This document shows positions 1 through 8,850 of a stretch of 14,631 nucleotides of DNA, in pieces. Source of the DNA: Promethearchaeota archaeon (GTDB lineage: Archaea; Asgardarchaeota; Lokiarchaeia; Sigyniarchaeales; SOKP01); NCBI GenBank assembly GCA_013375475.1, contig JABXKD010000043.1, positions 1-14,631 on the forward strand. Direction: 5' to 3'. The position numbers were made by a program, and so were the translations under genes. The notes under the pieces were generated by a model that was not told where the DNA came from, did not search any database, and saw only the letters and a program-made list of their open reading frames with translations. The stretch's first letter is position 1; each line of letters begins with the position of its first letter.

Positions 1-1
1 A

Positions 2-805
2 TCGATTGTGATCCCAGTATATAACGAGGAAAAAACAATAAGGAAAGTTTTAGAGCAATTACCGAATAATAAATCAATAGAAATAATTTTAGTTGATGAT
101 CGCTCTACTGATAATAGCTTAGATGAGATAAAGAAAGCAAAAAATGTAAAAAGGATAAAGGTGATAAAGCACGAGAATAACCAAGGATATGGTAGTGCAC
201 TTCTTACAGGAATTAACCATGCTACAGGTTATGTTGTAGTAACGATGGATTCAGATGGTCAACATCGTCCAGAAGATATTTTTTATCTAATCAACCCCAT
301 TTTTAAGAAGGAGGCAGATATTACTATCGGTTCACGCTATTATGGCACTTACAATTATCGTTTGCCAGTATCAACAAGATTAGGTGAAGCTATTATAGAA
401 AAATTTATGTTCATTTTTTTTGGCCAAAAAGTTGCGAATAATCAGGGAGGATTTCGAGCTTTTCATAAGAAGACATTAAAGATTTTTAAAGACATGAAGT
501 TTATGGATTACGCCTTTACTACTGAGTTACTCTTTAAAGCTTCGTTAGCAAAATTTAAAATAAAGGAATGTCCTATCCATTTAGTTGATCGTGAGCACGG
601 CAAATCAAAGATTGTGCTTTCAAAATTGATACTAAGCCTATTGCTATGCGTAGCATACTATACCCTTCAGAGAATCAATAGTCCGTACTATAACAAGTGG
701 GTGATGAAGCGATTCTATTTTATAAAAAAGCTTCCTATATATAGAAAGCAAAAGAGCATCGAAAGTATTGTCCCAAAAGTAGACCGCATAATTTTTGTTC
801 CCTAA
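2..805 (+). CDS. GT2 glycosyltransferase, DPM1-like polyprenol-phosphate sugar synthase family (5' truncated by window edge)
   Basis: The frame is open from base 2 (TCG ATT GTG ATC CCA = SIVIP), so GTG at 8 is an internal Val and the true start lies upstream of the window. Motifs: SIVIPVYNE, VDDRSTD, N-x-GYG-x-A, DxD in TMDSDGQH, IGSRY, GFRAF, ECPI...R-x-x-G-x-S. Hydrophobic C-terminal segment. Confidence 0.9.
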   Translation, partial: SIVIPVYNEEKTIRKVLEQLPNNKSIEIILVDDRSTDNSLDEIKKAKNVKRIKVIKHENNQGYGSALLTGINHATGYVVVTMDSDGQHRPEDIFYLINPIFKKEADITIGSRYYGTYNYRLPVSTRLGEAIIEKFMFIFFGQKVANNQGGFRAFHKKTLKIFKDMKFMDYAFTTELLFKASLAKFKIKECPIHLVDREHGKSKIVLSKLILSLLLCVAYYTLQRINSPYYNKWVMKRFYFIKKLPIYRKQKSIESIVPKVDRIIFVP

Positions 806-875
806 TTTAATTAGATAGCTGAATAACTCGATGTTCTTTAGAGTAAATATCAATTCAATAAATTTAAATTAAATA

Positions 876-894
876 CGCCAAATATTTTTATTAA
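876..894 (+). promoter_or_regulatory. Possible archaeal BRE/TATA promoter for the 935/941 gene
   Basis: CGCCAAA (876-882) precedes TTTTTATTAA (885-894), about 40-50 nt upstream of the TTG starts. The AT-rich background makes this weak. Confidence 0.3.
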
Positions 895-925
895 CTTACT
901 TACAAATAATTAACTAATCTTAAAT

Positions 926-932
926 AAGGGAG
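926..932 (+). promoter_or_regulatory. Shine-Dalgarno-like site AAGGGAG
   Basis: Purine-rich motif 2 nt before TTG935 and 8 nt before in-frame TTG941. The spacing favours 941 as the start. Confidence 0.45.
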
Positions 933-934
933 CT

Positions 935-1783
935 TTGAAATTGAAAACTCTTACTTTTAAAAAAAATTCCTGCTCTCTTATAGAAACACTTAAGCATAAC
1001 CATTATAAAACGGATTATGATTTTCAAGAACTATATCAATCACTTGATGAACAAGAAAGCATTGATGATAATTCGCTCCATTTATCTATAATTCTACCAG
1101 TATATAATGAAGCAAGGACGATTTTGAAGCTAATTCAATCCCTTCCAATACATAAATCAATAGAAATCATTATAGTGGATGACCATTCGACGGACAATAG
1201 TCTGGAAGAGATTAACAAGGCAAATTATAAAGGAAAAATTCATATTATCGAGCATAAAGTTAATTCAGGCTATGGTGCAGCATTGTTGACCGGAATTCGT
1301 TATAGTAAGGGGAAAATTTTCATAACAATGGACTCAGATGGCCAACATCAAGCAAGTGATTTACATAATTTAGTCAAACCTATTTTTGATGGGCAAGCAG
1401 ATATTACAATAGGATCTAGATACAAGGGAACGTATAACTATAAGTTACCATTGTCAACAAGGATTGGAGAGGCAGTATTAGAAGTGGTAATACGAATTTT
1501 CTTTGGTCAAAAAGTTAAAAATAATCAGGGAGGTTTTCGAGCGTTTCATAGAAAGACAATTAAGATGTTTGAAGATACTCGATTTCATGGATATGCCTTT
1601 ACCACTGAGTTAATTTTATCGGCAGTATTACGTAATCACAGAATTAAGGAATGTCCGATTGCTTTATTAGGTCGAGAGCATGGCGCTTCCTATATTATAT
1701 TAAATAAATTATTTATTTCACTGTTGTTATGCGTTTGGTTATATATTCTTAAAAATACTAAACGCTTACTTTCAAGAAGATAA
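935..1783 (+). CDS. GT2 glycosyltransferase, DPM1-like; paralog of the upstream gene (start may be TTG941)
   Basis: LSIILPVYNE, VDDHSTD, GYGAALLTG, TMDSDGQH, IGSRY, NNQGGFRAF. A hand alignment with ORF1 is gap-free with 124/200 identical residues (about 62%). About 45 aa precede the GT2 core. Confidence 0.9.
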   Translation: MKLKTLTFKKNSCSLIETLKHNHYKTDYDFQELYQSLDEQESIDDNSLHLSIILPVYNEARTILKLIQSLPIHKSIEIIIVDDHSTDNSLEEINKANYKGKIHIIEHKVNSGYGAALLTGIRYSKGKIFITMDSDGQHQASDLHNLVKPIFDGQADITIGSRYKGTYNYKLPLSTRIGEAVLEVVIRIFFGQKVKNNQGGFRAFHRKTIKMFEDTRFHGYAFTTELILSAVLRNHRIKECPIALLGREHGASYIILNKLFISLLLCVWLYILKNTKRLLSRR

Positions 1784-1803
1784 TTATCTTATCATATTAA
1801 AAT

Positions 1804-4326
1804 ATGAATATCAAAAGGATTGGACAAATAGTATTACCTTTATTATTAATTATTGAAACACCTATTAATAAGATTTTATCTAAGAGAAATCTCAAAGTGG
1901 GATTTCGGGAAAGGCAGAATATTTTAATTGTAGGCGGGAGCTTCTTTAATAAAGGAGCTCAAGCAATGAGTTTTACCGCAGTAGATCAGATAAAAAGAAG
2001 ATTTCCAAAGAAGAGCATATATCTCTTATTAGATTCCGATTATAATGATGTTGATGATAATAATTTTGCGTTTAGAACATTACCGTGGACATACGAGTTA
2101 AGATTTAAACTACTAAACCCTCTTAATAGCCATTTATTTAAGTTTTATTCAAAATATAGAAAACATGAAAACTCAATAACGAAAATCCTTAAAAATACTT
2201 TAATGATTATTGATGTAAGTGGATATAGTTTTTCTTCGGAGATGGGACAAACATGGGTTGCTTCAATTTTAGATATTATGATAGCAGAGAGGTATCAAAT
2301 TGATTATTATATCTTTCCTCAATCAATTGGCCCGTTTAATTTCTCTTTATTAAATAGATTATTTTTCTTTACGCTAACGAGATCATTTTTAACATATCCT
2401 CAAGAAATATTTGTTAGAGAGGATGATGGATTGAAGTTTATGGCGCAAATCTCTAACAAACATCTTTCAAAATCTTACGATATTGTTCTTAAAAACAAGG
2501 AATACGACTTAAGAAATATTTACAAGAGATTACCAGATTTAAGAAAAGTTCATATTAATTCAAACTCCGTTGGAATAATTCCTAACAATAAAATCTCCAT
2601 GAGGATTAAAGAAGATGAATTTTTAAATCTCTACTCAAAGGTAATTAACAGTTTGATTAAAAGTGGTAAGTACATTTATATTTTAGCACATTCGTCAGAA
2701 GATTTCAAAATCTGTGAGAAAATTAAACATACTGTTATAGATAACGATAAAGTTATTTTTTTGAAAGATAATTATAATGTTTTTGAATTGGAAAACATAA
2801 TAAAGCAGTTTGATTTTGTAATTGCTTCTCGTTACCATTCAATTGTAAATTCCTATAGGCTTGAAGTACCATCTTTCGTGATCGGATGGGCTCATAAATA
2901 TAAAGAGTTAATGGATGCCTTTAATCAGTTTGAATATTATTTTGATATAAGACAGAAAATAGATACAAGAGAGCTTGAAAATAAATTAGAAAAGATGACT
3001 CGTGATTTTGCTTTGGAAAAAAACATAATTTCTGCTAATTTAACAAATATTTTAAATAATTCACAATCTTGTTTCGACTCTTTACACGATATAAAGGATA
3101 AGAATGTAATAAAGACAAAGCAATTAGATTTTTGTTTATCATGTGAAGCATGTGTAGCGGTGTGCCCCGTAAATGCAATTAAAATGAAGTTAGAAAAGGG
3201 TCAATTTTTACCAGAAGTAAATTTAGGATTATGCACTAATTGTGGAATTTGTTTAAGCGTTTGTCCAGGAGTAGATTTAAACCCCTTAAAAATAAGCAAA
3301 AACGAGACCTATTTAGATTATGAAAAACAAAAAATAAGAGCATGCTATACAACTTACAGCAAAAATGAACTAATTAGGAAAAATTCTACAAGTGGGGGCG
3401 TAGTTACAAATCTTATTTATGAATTGTTAAAATCTAAAGAATATGACGGAGCATTTGTTCTAAAATTCAAGGATTTCGATGGAGAACCAGTTAGACTAGA
3501 TTTAATTAATAATCCTGATGATTTAATAAGTTCAGCAGGTTCGAAATATTTACCTGCGTCAATTTTTTATATTTTAAAAAAAATTAAAAAGTATCCTAGT
3601 AAAAAGTATATAATTGTAGGAACTCCTTGCCAATTTCATAGCATAAAAAAATTTCTTAGTCATAAGAATTTAGATATTAAAGAAAATCTTTTGTTTTTAG
3701 GTTTATTTTGCGATGGAACGCTAAATTTTAATTTTATATACTATATTAAGCAGCTTTATGAAACTAAAAACAGCAAAATACAGGAATTTCAGTATCGATC
3801 TAAAGAAAAATATGGTTGGCCCGGGCATTCTAAAATAGAGTTTAACACTGGAAGAAAATCTATCTTAAAGAGAGATTTTAGAATATTCTGCAAGAGATAC
3901 TTTATATTAAATCGGTGTTTGTATTGTTACGATAAGTTGAATAATTTATCTGATATTTCTTTTGGAGACTGTTATATTGCAGGAAAAGCTAATAAAGACG
4001 GAAATTCGAATATAATTATAAGAACTAAGAGGGGTGAACAAACTTTTAATAAATACTCTCACTTATTTTATAGCGAAACAGAAGACTTCAAAAAGATCGC
4101 AAAGTCCCAAAATGTTCCCCTAAAGGCTAAAAAATTGGAATATAATAAATCTTTATATCAAAAAAAAAGAATAGGAATGAAAGATTTTCTTTTAATTAAT
4201 TCTAAAATGATACTTGCTAAATTTTTTCTCAGAAGAGGTCAAAAATACAGTTCTTTCATATCATTCCACTTTTATATAATAAAATTATACAAATATCTAA
4301 TTTCATACCTTAAGATAAGAAAATAA
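1804..4326 (+). CDS. Fusion: polysaccharide pyruvyl transferase (WcaK/CsaB-like) + 2x[4Fe-4S] ferredoxin + coenzyme F420 hydrogenase/dehydrogenase beta-subunit (FrhB/FdhB) family domain
   Basis: N-half motifs: NKGAQAM, IIDVSGYSF, FPQSIGPF, IFVRE, IASRYHS, IGWAHKY (pyruvyl transferase pattern). Two CxxCxxCxxxCP motifs at 3133-3168 (CLSCEACVAVCP) and 3232-3267 (CTNCGICLSVCP). C-half motifs: STSGGVVT, GSKY, VGTPCQ, GLFCDG, GWPG, RCLYC, DISFGD (FrhB_FdhB N/C pattern). Single uninterrupted ORF. Confidence 0.88.
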   Translation: MNIKRIGQIVLPLLLIIETPINKILSKRNLKVGFRERQNILIVGGSFFNKGAQAMSFTAVDQIKRRFPKKSIYLLLDSDYNDVDDNNFAFRTLPWTYELRFKLLNPLNSHLFKFYSKYRKHENSITKILKNTLMIIDVSGYSFSSEMGQTWVASILDIMIAERYQIDYYIFPQSIGPFNFSLLNRLFFFTLTRSFLTYPQEIFVREDDGLKFMAQISNKHLSKSYDIVLKNKEYDLRNIYKRLPDLRKVHINSNSVGIIPNNKISMRIKEDEFLNLYSKVINSLIKSGKYIYILAHSSEDFKICEKIKHTVIDNDKVIFLKDNYNVFELENIIKQFDFVIASRYHSIVNSYRLEVPSFVIGWAHKYKELMDAFNQFEYYFDIRQKIDTRELENKLEKMTRDFALEKNIISANLTNILNNSQSCFDSLHDIKDKNVIKTKQLDFCLSCEACVAVCPVNAIKMKLEKGQFLPEVNLGLCTNCGICLSVCPGVDLNPLKISKNETYLDYEKQKIRACYTTYSKNELIRKNSTSGGVVTNLIYELLKSKEYDGAFVLKFKDFDGEPVRLDLINNPDDLISSAGSKYLPASIFYILKKIKKYPSKKYIIVGTPCQFHSIKKFLSHKNLDIKENLLFLGLFCDGTLNFNFIYYIKQLYETKNSKIQEFQYRSKEKYGWPGHSKIEFNTGRKSILKRDFRIFCKRYFILNRCLYCYDKLNNLSDISFGDCYIAGKANKDGNSNIIIRTKRGEQTFNKYSHLFYSETEDFKKIAKSQNVPLKAKKLEYNKSLYQKKRIGMKDFLLINSKMILAKFFLRRGQKYSSFISFHFYIIKLYKYLISYLKIRK

Positions 4327-4339
4327 ATTACAATACTGC

Positions 4340-5974
4340 TTATCCATGGATTCTTTTTAGTATATTTAATATTTTTAAGAGAACCTTGTTTAAGAGTTTC
4401 TGTTTATGAAAAATGCTTCTTAAATTTTCGATATCTTGAATAGTAATAATTTTTAATATTAAATTCAAAAAAGCAAAAATACAGAAGAAAGTAAGTATTG
4501 ATAATGGATAGAAATTCTTGAGGATACTTAGATGTAGAAAATCGAATAGTAGTATTTCTAATTCTTCCAGGAATAACATTTGTAATATTAAAACCAGAAT
4601 TAAGGAAAGAGCAAAAGTGATATAAAGTACAATTAATGGTTTCAGTTCTATATGTAACTTACCCCATTTGATAGTAAAGAATAGATAAAAAAAACCAAAA
4701 ACTGAATTACTGATTATAATACCGATTAATGCAGGTATTATCCCAAACCAAACTAACAAGAATAAAAATAATGGTAATCTAAGCACTAAACCTAAAAACC
4801 GTATATAGAGGATCATTTTCGGTTTATGTTCTGCTAGCATTAAGGCATCGAATGGTGCCGCAAAACTTAGAAATAAGTAAGAGAAGAGGTAAATTTTGAG
4901 TATAATGGAAAATTGAAGATAATCTTCTCCTAAGATATATAAAAAGAAATCCGTAGCAAGAAACAAAATTCCTGTTAATAATAAAAATGTGAATAACGAA
5001 TATTTCAAAATTAGGTTATATATAGCCTTTATTTTTTCTTTCTCATCTTTAGCCATGAACCTAGAGAAGGAAACTGTTAGAGGGGACGAAAAGGAATTTA
5101 GAGCGTTTGTCGAGACTGCTAAATAAGTTTTCGCTAAATAGAAGCCTGTTGTAAATAATGGTTCAAGGGCACCTATCGACTGTATTTGAATTTCTCCCCA
5201 AATATCAGACAAGAACCTACCCCCTCTCACAGGAGCGCCATATTTTAGAATTTTCATTAACTCATCGTTATGAAAAATTGGTGTTTTATTATCGATTTTT
5301 ATTTTCAGATATTTCTTAAGGACAAATAGCAGGTTTATAAAAAAAGCTATTGCGTATGACACCACATTAAAAATCGCAATATTTTCCAATCCCAGATTGC
5401 CAGTAATGAAGAAAAAAGAAATCAGAAGTCCGATATAAAGTAGATTTTTTAATACTAAAAGTAGAAAGATGAACTTAAAGTTATTTAAACCTTCATTGAA
5501 TGAATTTAAATATAGTTCCAAACCATTGATTATGATTAACGGAGATAATAAGAATAATAAATTGATATCCTCGGGATTCAGATTAAGGAGAAATATGTTT
5601 TGGAAAAAGTTAAAAATTAATAAACTGATTATGAAAATTGGAATTAAGAAGAGCATCTTTGTAATGAACGCTGATTTTAATAAAGATTTTAAATTTTGAG
5701 TTTGATTCAATGACTGGTACCGGGGAACATAATAACGTAATGTCTGTTGTAAACCCGGGGGAAAAAATGTTAAAATCAGAGTTATAATAAGAATATAAGA
5801 ATTAGCGATAATCAAAATTATCCAAGATTCAGGGCTGATTAGACGCGCTATTAGAAATGTAATTATTAAATTGAAAAAGAAGTTCCCATAAATACTCAAA
5901 AATGAGTAGAATGAACTCCTTACAAGAGTTCTATGATCTGAAAAGGTTTCTTGATTAAAATTATCTTCTTTCAA
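4340..5974 (-). CDS. Oligosaccharide flippase, Wzx/MOP superfamily (polysaccharide biosynthesis protein)
   Basis: 544 aa with roughly 12-14 hydrophobic segments. The N-terminal LVRSSFYSFL...IARLISPESW matches the Wzx 'ARxLgPexyG' pattern. Also LKYGAP and a ...ILGEDY segment. Glycan-locus context; TTG start. Confidence 0.85.
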   Translation of the reverse strand: MKEDNFNQETFSDHRTLVRSSFYSFLSIYGNFFFNLIITFLIARLISPESWIILIIANSYILIITLILTFFPPGLQQTLRYYVPRYQSLNQTQNLKSLLKSAFITKMLFLIPIFIISLLIFNFFQNIFLLNLNPEDINLLFLLSPLIIINGLELYLNSFNEGLNNFKFIFLLLVLKNLLYIGLLISFFFITGNLGLENIAIFNVVSYAIAFFINLLFVLKKYLKIKIDNKTPIFHNDELMKILKYGAPVRGGRFLSDIWGEIQIQSIGALEPLFTTGFYLAKTYLAVSTNALNSFSSPLTVSFSRFMAKDEKEKIKAIYNLILKYSLFTFLLLTGILFLATDFFLYILGEDYLQFSIILKIYLFSYLFLSFAAPFDALMLAEHKPKMILYIRFLGLVLRLPLFLFLLVWFGIIPALIGIIISNSVFGFFYLFFTIKWGKLHIELKPLIVLYITFALSLILVLILQMLFLEELEILLFDFLHLSILKNFYPLSILTFFCIFAFLNLILKIITIQDIENLRSIFHKQKLLNKVLLKILNILKRIHG

Positions 5975-6118
5975 CTTAATAAATCGGTAAATTTGATTAA
6001 GTGTATAAAAGTAATAAGAAAAAAAAACCTTAGGTTAAAATTAGAAAGAAAAACAGATCCAAAATAAATCACATAAAGGGAATCACTTTAAAATAAATTT
6101 TAAACTCAAAAATCATTA

Positions 6119-6126
6119 TTTAAAAA
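6119..6126 (+). promoter_or_regulatory. Possible TATA box for a leaderless transcript of the 6148 operon
   Basis: TTTAAAAA lies 22-29 nt upstream of ATG6148, in the divergent intergenic region 5975-6147. No SD precedes the ATG. Confidence 0.3.
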
Positions 6127-6147
6127 CAAAATAAAATTAAATTTGAA

Positions 6148-6978
6148 ATGATAAACCCTTTAGTTTCCATAATTATTCCGACATATAATCGTCCCACATA
6201 TCTTCAAAGAGCAATTGGTTCGACTTTAAATCAGACATATAAGAACCTTGAAATAATCATCATTGATGACTTTTCAACTCAAGATATTTCAGCCGTGGTA
6301 AATGAATTTCAAGATAATCGAATTAAATATTTTAAAAACTCAACCAACCGAGGGTCTGTATTTAGCAGAAATAGGGGATTATCAATTTGCTCAGGAGATT
6401 ATGTAAATTTTTTAGATGATGATGATGAGATATTACCACAGAAAGTTGAATTTCAATTAGCTAAATTTAAAGTGTCTAATGTTGAAAATTTAGGGGTAGT
6501 AAGTTGCGATATGGAATATAGACGAAAAGATATAAATATGCTAAAGAAGAATCACCTGAAAGGGAACATATATAAAAAGTTACTCAGGCAATATTGTATC
6601 TATGGAATACATAGCATGCTAATCAAGAAAGAATTTACACCTAAATTCGATATAAATCTTAAATCAAGCCAAGAATACGATTTATCAATAAGACTTGCTA
6701 GGAGATGTAATTTTGATTATGTTCCCAAACGACTTGCTATCACTCACACTTCCGAGAATCAAATAAGTTTTAATTATAAGAAGAAAATTCATGGTACAAA
6801 GTATTTATTTAAAAAATATCGAAGCGAGTTTTTAAGATTTGGAGCGAAATTTTATGTTTATAATTGGTTCAGATTTCGCTATTTATTACTAAGATATTTT
6901 GTTTTGCTAAAATTAAGTGTGAGACATGTAAATGAATTGATATATACTATACACAATAAATTAGTAAAAAATCTTTGA
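6148..6978 (+). CDS. GT2 family glycosyltransferase (GT-A fold)
   Basis: PLVSIIIPTYNR, LNQTYKNLEIIIIDDFS, SRNRGL, VNFLDDDD, QEYDLSIRL. Confidence 0.92.
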   Translation: MINPLVSIIIPTYNRPTYLQRAIGSTLNQTYKNLEIIIIDDFSTQDISAVVNEFQDNRIKYFKNSTNRGSVFSRNRGLSICSGDYVNFLDDDDEILPQKVEFQLAKFKVSNVENLGVVSCDMEYRRKDINMLKKNHLKGNIYKKLLRQYCIYGIHSMLIKKEFTPKFDINLKSSQEYDLSIRLARRCNFDYVPKRLAITHTSENQISFNYKKKIHGTKYLFKKYRSEFLRFGAKFYVYNWFRFRYLLLRYFVLLKLSVRHVNELIYTIHNKLVKNL

Positions 6979-7811
6979 AAATTAAGAAAATGCGAGAATT
7001 ACCCTTTGTTACGGTTTTTACACCAAATTATAATAAATCTAAATATTTACCGGAAACGATAGAAAGTGTTTTACAGCAAACATATAAGAATTTTGAGTAT
7101 ATCATCGTTGATGACTGTTCTACGGATGATAGTTGGGATATTATTCGCACTTATGCTTCTAAGGATGAAAGAATCAAACCTTATAGAAATGAGGAAAATT
7201 TAAAAATTGTAAAAACTCGCAATAAAGGATTTCAATTTAGTTCCAAAGAAGCAAAATATTATGCTATTTTAGATAGTGACGATGTTTCTGCTCCTGAAAG
7301 ATTAGAAAAACAGGTCACTTTTTTAGAGGAAAATCCCTTATATGGGTTAATAGGGAGTGATATTATTGTAATAAATGAAGAATCGAAGGAGATTGGGTAT
7401 AGAAAATATGCCTCGTCCGATTTAGAAATACGAAAAGTGATCACACGATTAAATCCGATTGCCCAATCAAGTGTCCTTATAAGAAAGCAAGCAATTCAAG
7501 AAGTAGGATATTACGATGAACAATGGAATGTCTGTCAAGATTATGATTATTGGTTGAGAATAGGGATTGATTGGAAATTAAAGAATTTCGATAATCCTCT
7601 AATAAAATACCGCTTAAGCGGAACCCAGGTTAAAATCACTAACTTAAAAGAGACAATTCAAAATACATATTTAATCCAAAAAAAAGCTATAAAAGAATAT
7701 AACTATGGTGATTCCATCTATAATAAGTTCTATAGGCTGATTTTAAGACTTTCTTTTTCATACCCAAAATTTGCCTACTTTATTTACCGAAGAAAGATAA
7801 GAAAACAATAA
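6975..7811 (+). CDS. GT2 family glycosyltransferase (GT-A fold)
   Basis: VTVFTPNYN, ESVLQQTYKNFEYIIVDDCSTD, AILDSDD, RLEKQ, QDYDYWLR. The TTG start overlaps the previous stop (TTGA, 4 bp); ATG6990 is an alternative start. Confidence 0.92.
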   Translation: MKIKKMRELPFVTVFTPNYNKSKYLPETIESVLQQTYKNFEYIIVDDCSTDDSWDIIRTYASKDERIKPYRNEENLKIVKTRNKGFQFSSKEAKYYAILDSDDVSAPERLEKQVTFLEENPLYGLIGSDIIVINEESKEIGYRKYASSDLEIRKVITRLNPIAQSSVLIRKQAIQEVGYYDEQWNVCQDYDYWLRIGIDWKLKNFDNPLIKYRLSGTQVKITNLKETIQNTYLIQKKAIKEYNYGDSIYNKFYRLILRLSFSYPKFAYFIYRRKIRKQ

Positions 7812-7827
7812 AGAGGATATTTTAGGA

Positions 7828-8796
7828 ATGATAAAAAATAAGAATATATTAATTACTGGTGGGGCGGGATTTATAGGATCACATCTAGTCGAATTGTTAC
7901 TCAAGGAGGGTAATTTTATAGTAGTTATTGACAATTTCAACGATTATTATGAAGGGAAAGACGCAAATATCCAGAGCGCAATAAAAAATTGTGAAGCAAA
8001 AGATTATCACATAATCAGGGGAGATATCACCAAGGAAGATATTTTTAATAAAATAACGGTGGATGTTGACATCATCTTTAATTTAGCGGCTCAAGCGGGT
8101 GTGAGATATTCAATTGAAAATGCTGCTGAAGTTGCACAAAATAACATTACAAGTGTCGTGAATGTTCTCGATTATGCAGTTGAGAAAGATATTGGAAAGA
8201 TTGTTCATGCTTCGTCTTCCTCTGTCTATGGTAATCCTCTATATACTCCTCTAGACGAGGATCATCCTAAAAATCCTATTTCTCCTTATGCAGTTTCTAA
8301 ATTATGTGGCGAACTTTATTGTGATTATTATTTTAAAGAGTACAATTTACTTGTTTCTTCTCTAAGGTTTTATACTGTTTATGGTCCAAGAGGACGCCCA
8401 GATATGGCTATTAGAAAATTCTTTAACTTAATGTTCCAAGACAAAGAAATTACGATTTATGGCGATGGAACACAATTAAGGGATTATACTTATGTTTCTG
8501 ATATTATAAATGGATTATATTTAGCAGCTGAAAAAACAGAATCCGCAGGGCAAGTCTTTAACTTAGGATATTCAAACCCCATTAGTGTAAATGATCTTAT
8601 TGAGAAGATGTATTCAATTTCTGGTAAATCTAAAAAAGTTAAGTATATAGAAAGTCAACAGGGGGATGTAGATATAACATATTCAAATACAGAAAAAGCA
8701 AAAAAAATTTTAAATTATCATCCTCAAATAAATATTGATGAGGGATTAAAGAAAACCTACGAATGGCAGAAAAAAATTCAATTGACTAAATTATAA
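7828..8796 (+). CDS. NAD-dependent epimerase/dehydratase (extended SDR), UDP-glucuronate 4-epimerase-like
   Basis: TGGAGFIGS, NLAAQAGVRYS, ASSSSVYG, catalytic YAVSK, LRFYTVYGPRGRPDMA, RDYTYV. AGVRYS and RPDMA are typical of the Uge/CapI-like group. GAGGA at 7813-7817 is a possible SD. Confidence 0.88.
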   Translation: MIKNKNILITGGAGFIGSHLVELLLKEGNFIVVIDNFNDYYEGKDANIQSAIKNCEAKDYHIIRGDITKEDIFNKITVDVDIIFNLAAQAGVRYSIENAAEVAQNNITSVVNVLDYAVEKDIGKIVHASSSSVYGNPLYTPLDEDHPKNPISPYAVSKLCGELYCDYYFKEYNLLVSSLRFYTVYGPRGRPDMAIRKFFNLMFQDKEITIYGDGTQLRDYTYVSDIINGLYLAAEKTESAGQVFNLGYSNPISVNDLIEKMYSISGKSKKVKYIESQQGDVDITYSNTEKAKKILNYHPQINIDEGLKKTYEWQKKIQLTKL

Positions 8797-8850
8797 TAAA
8801 TATGTGAAATTACATAATTAAAAAATATAGTTAAGAACTATTGACCTAGC

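Noticed and set aside
644-853. 69-aa minus-strand ORF
   Set aside because: Mostly antisense to the GT2 gene and has no recognisable motif; likely a shadow ORF.
3133-4326. Reading the FrhB-like domain as an F420-reducing hydrogenase or methanogenesis marker
   Set aside because: No FrhA/FrhG or formate dehydrogenase subunits are in the window, and the domain is fused to a sugar-modifying enzyme in a glycan locus.
5469-5699. 76-aa plus-strand Lys/Asn-rich ORF
   Set aside because: Antisense to the T-rich flippase coding strand; its composition is explained by complementing Phe/Leu/Ile codons.
7259-7940. Two short minus-strand ORFs (7259-7444 and 7758-7940)
   Set aside because: Antisense to well-supported GT2 and epimerase genes, with no motifs.
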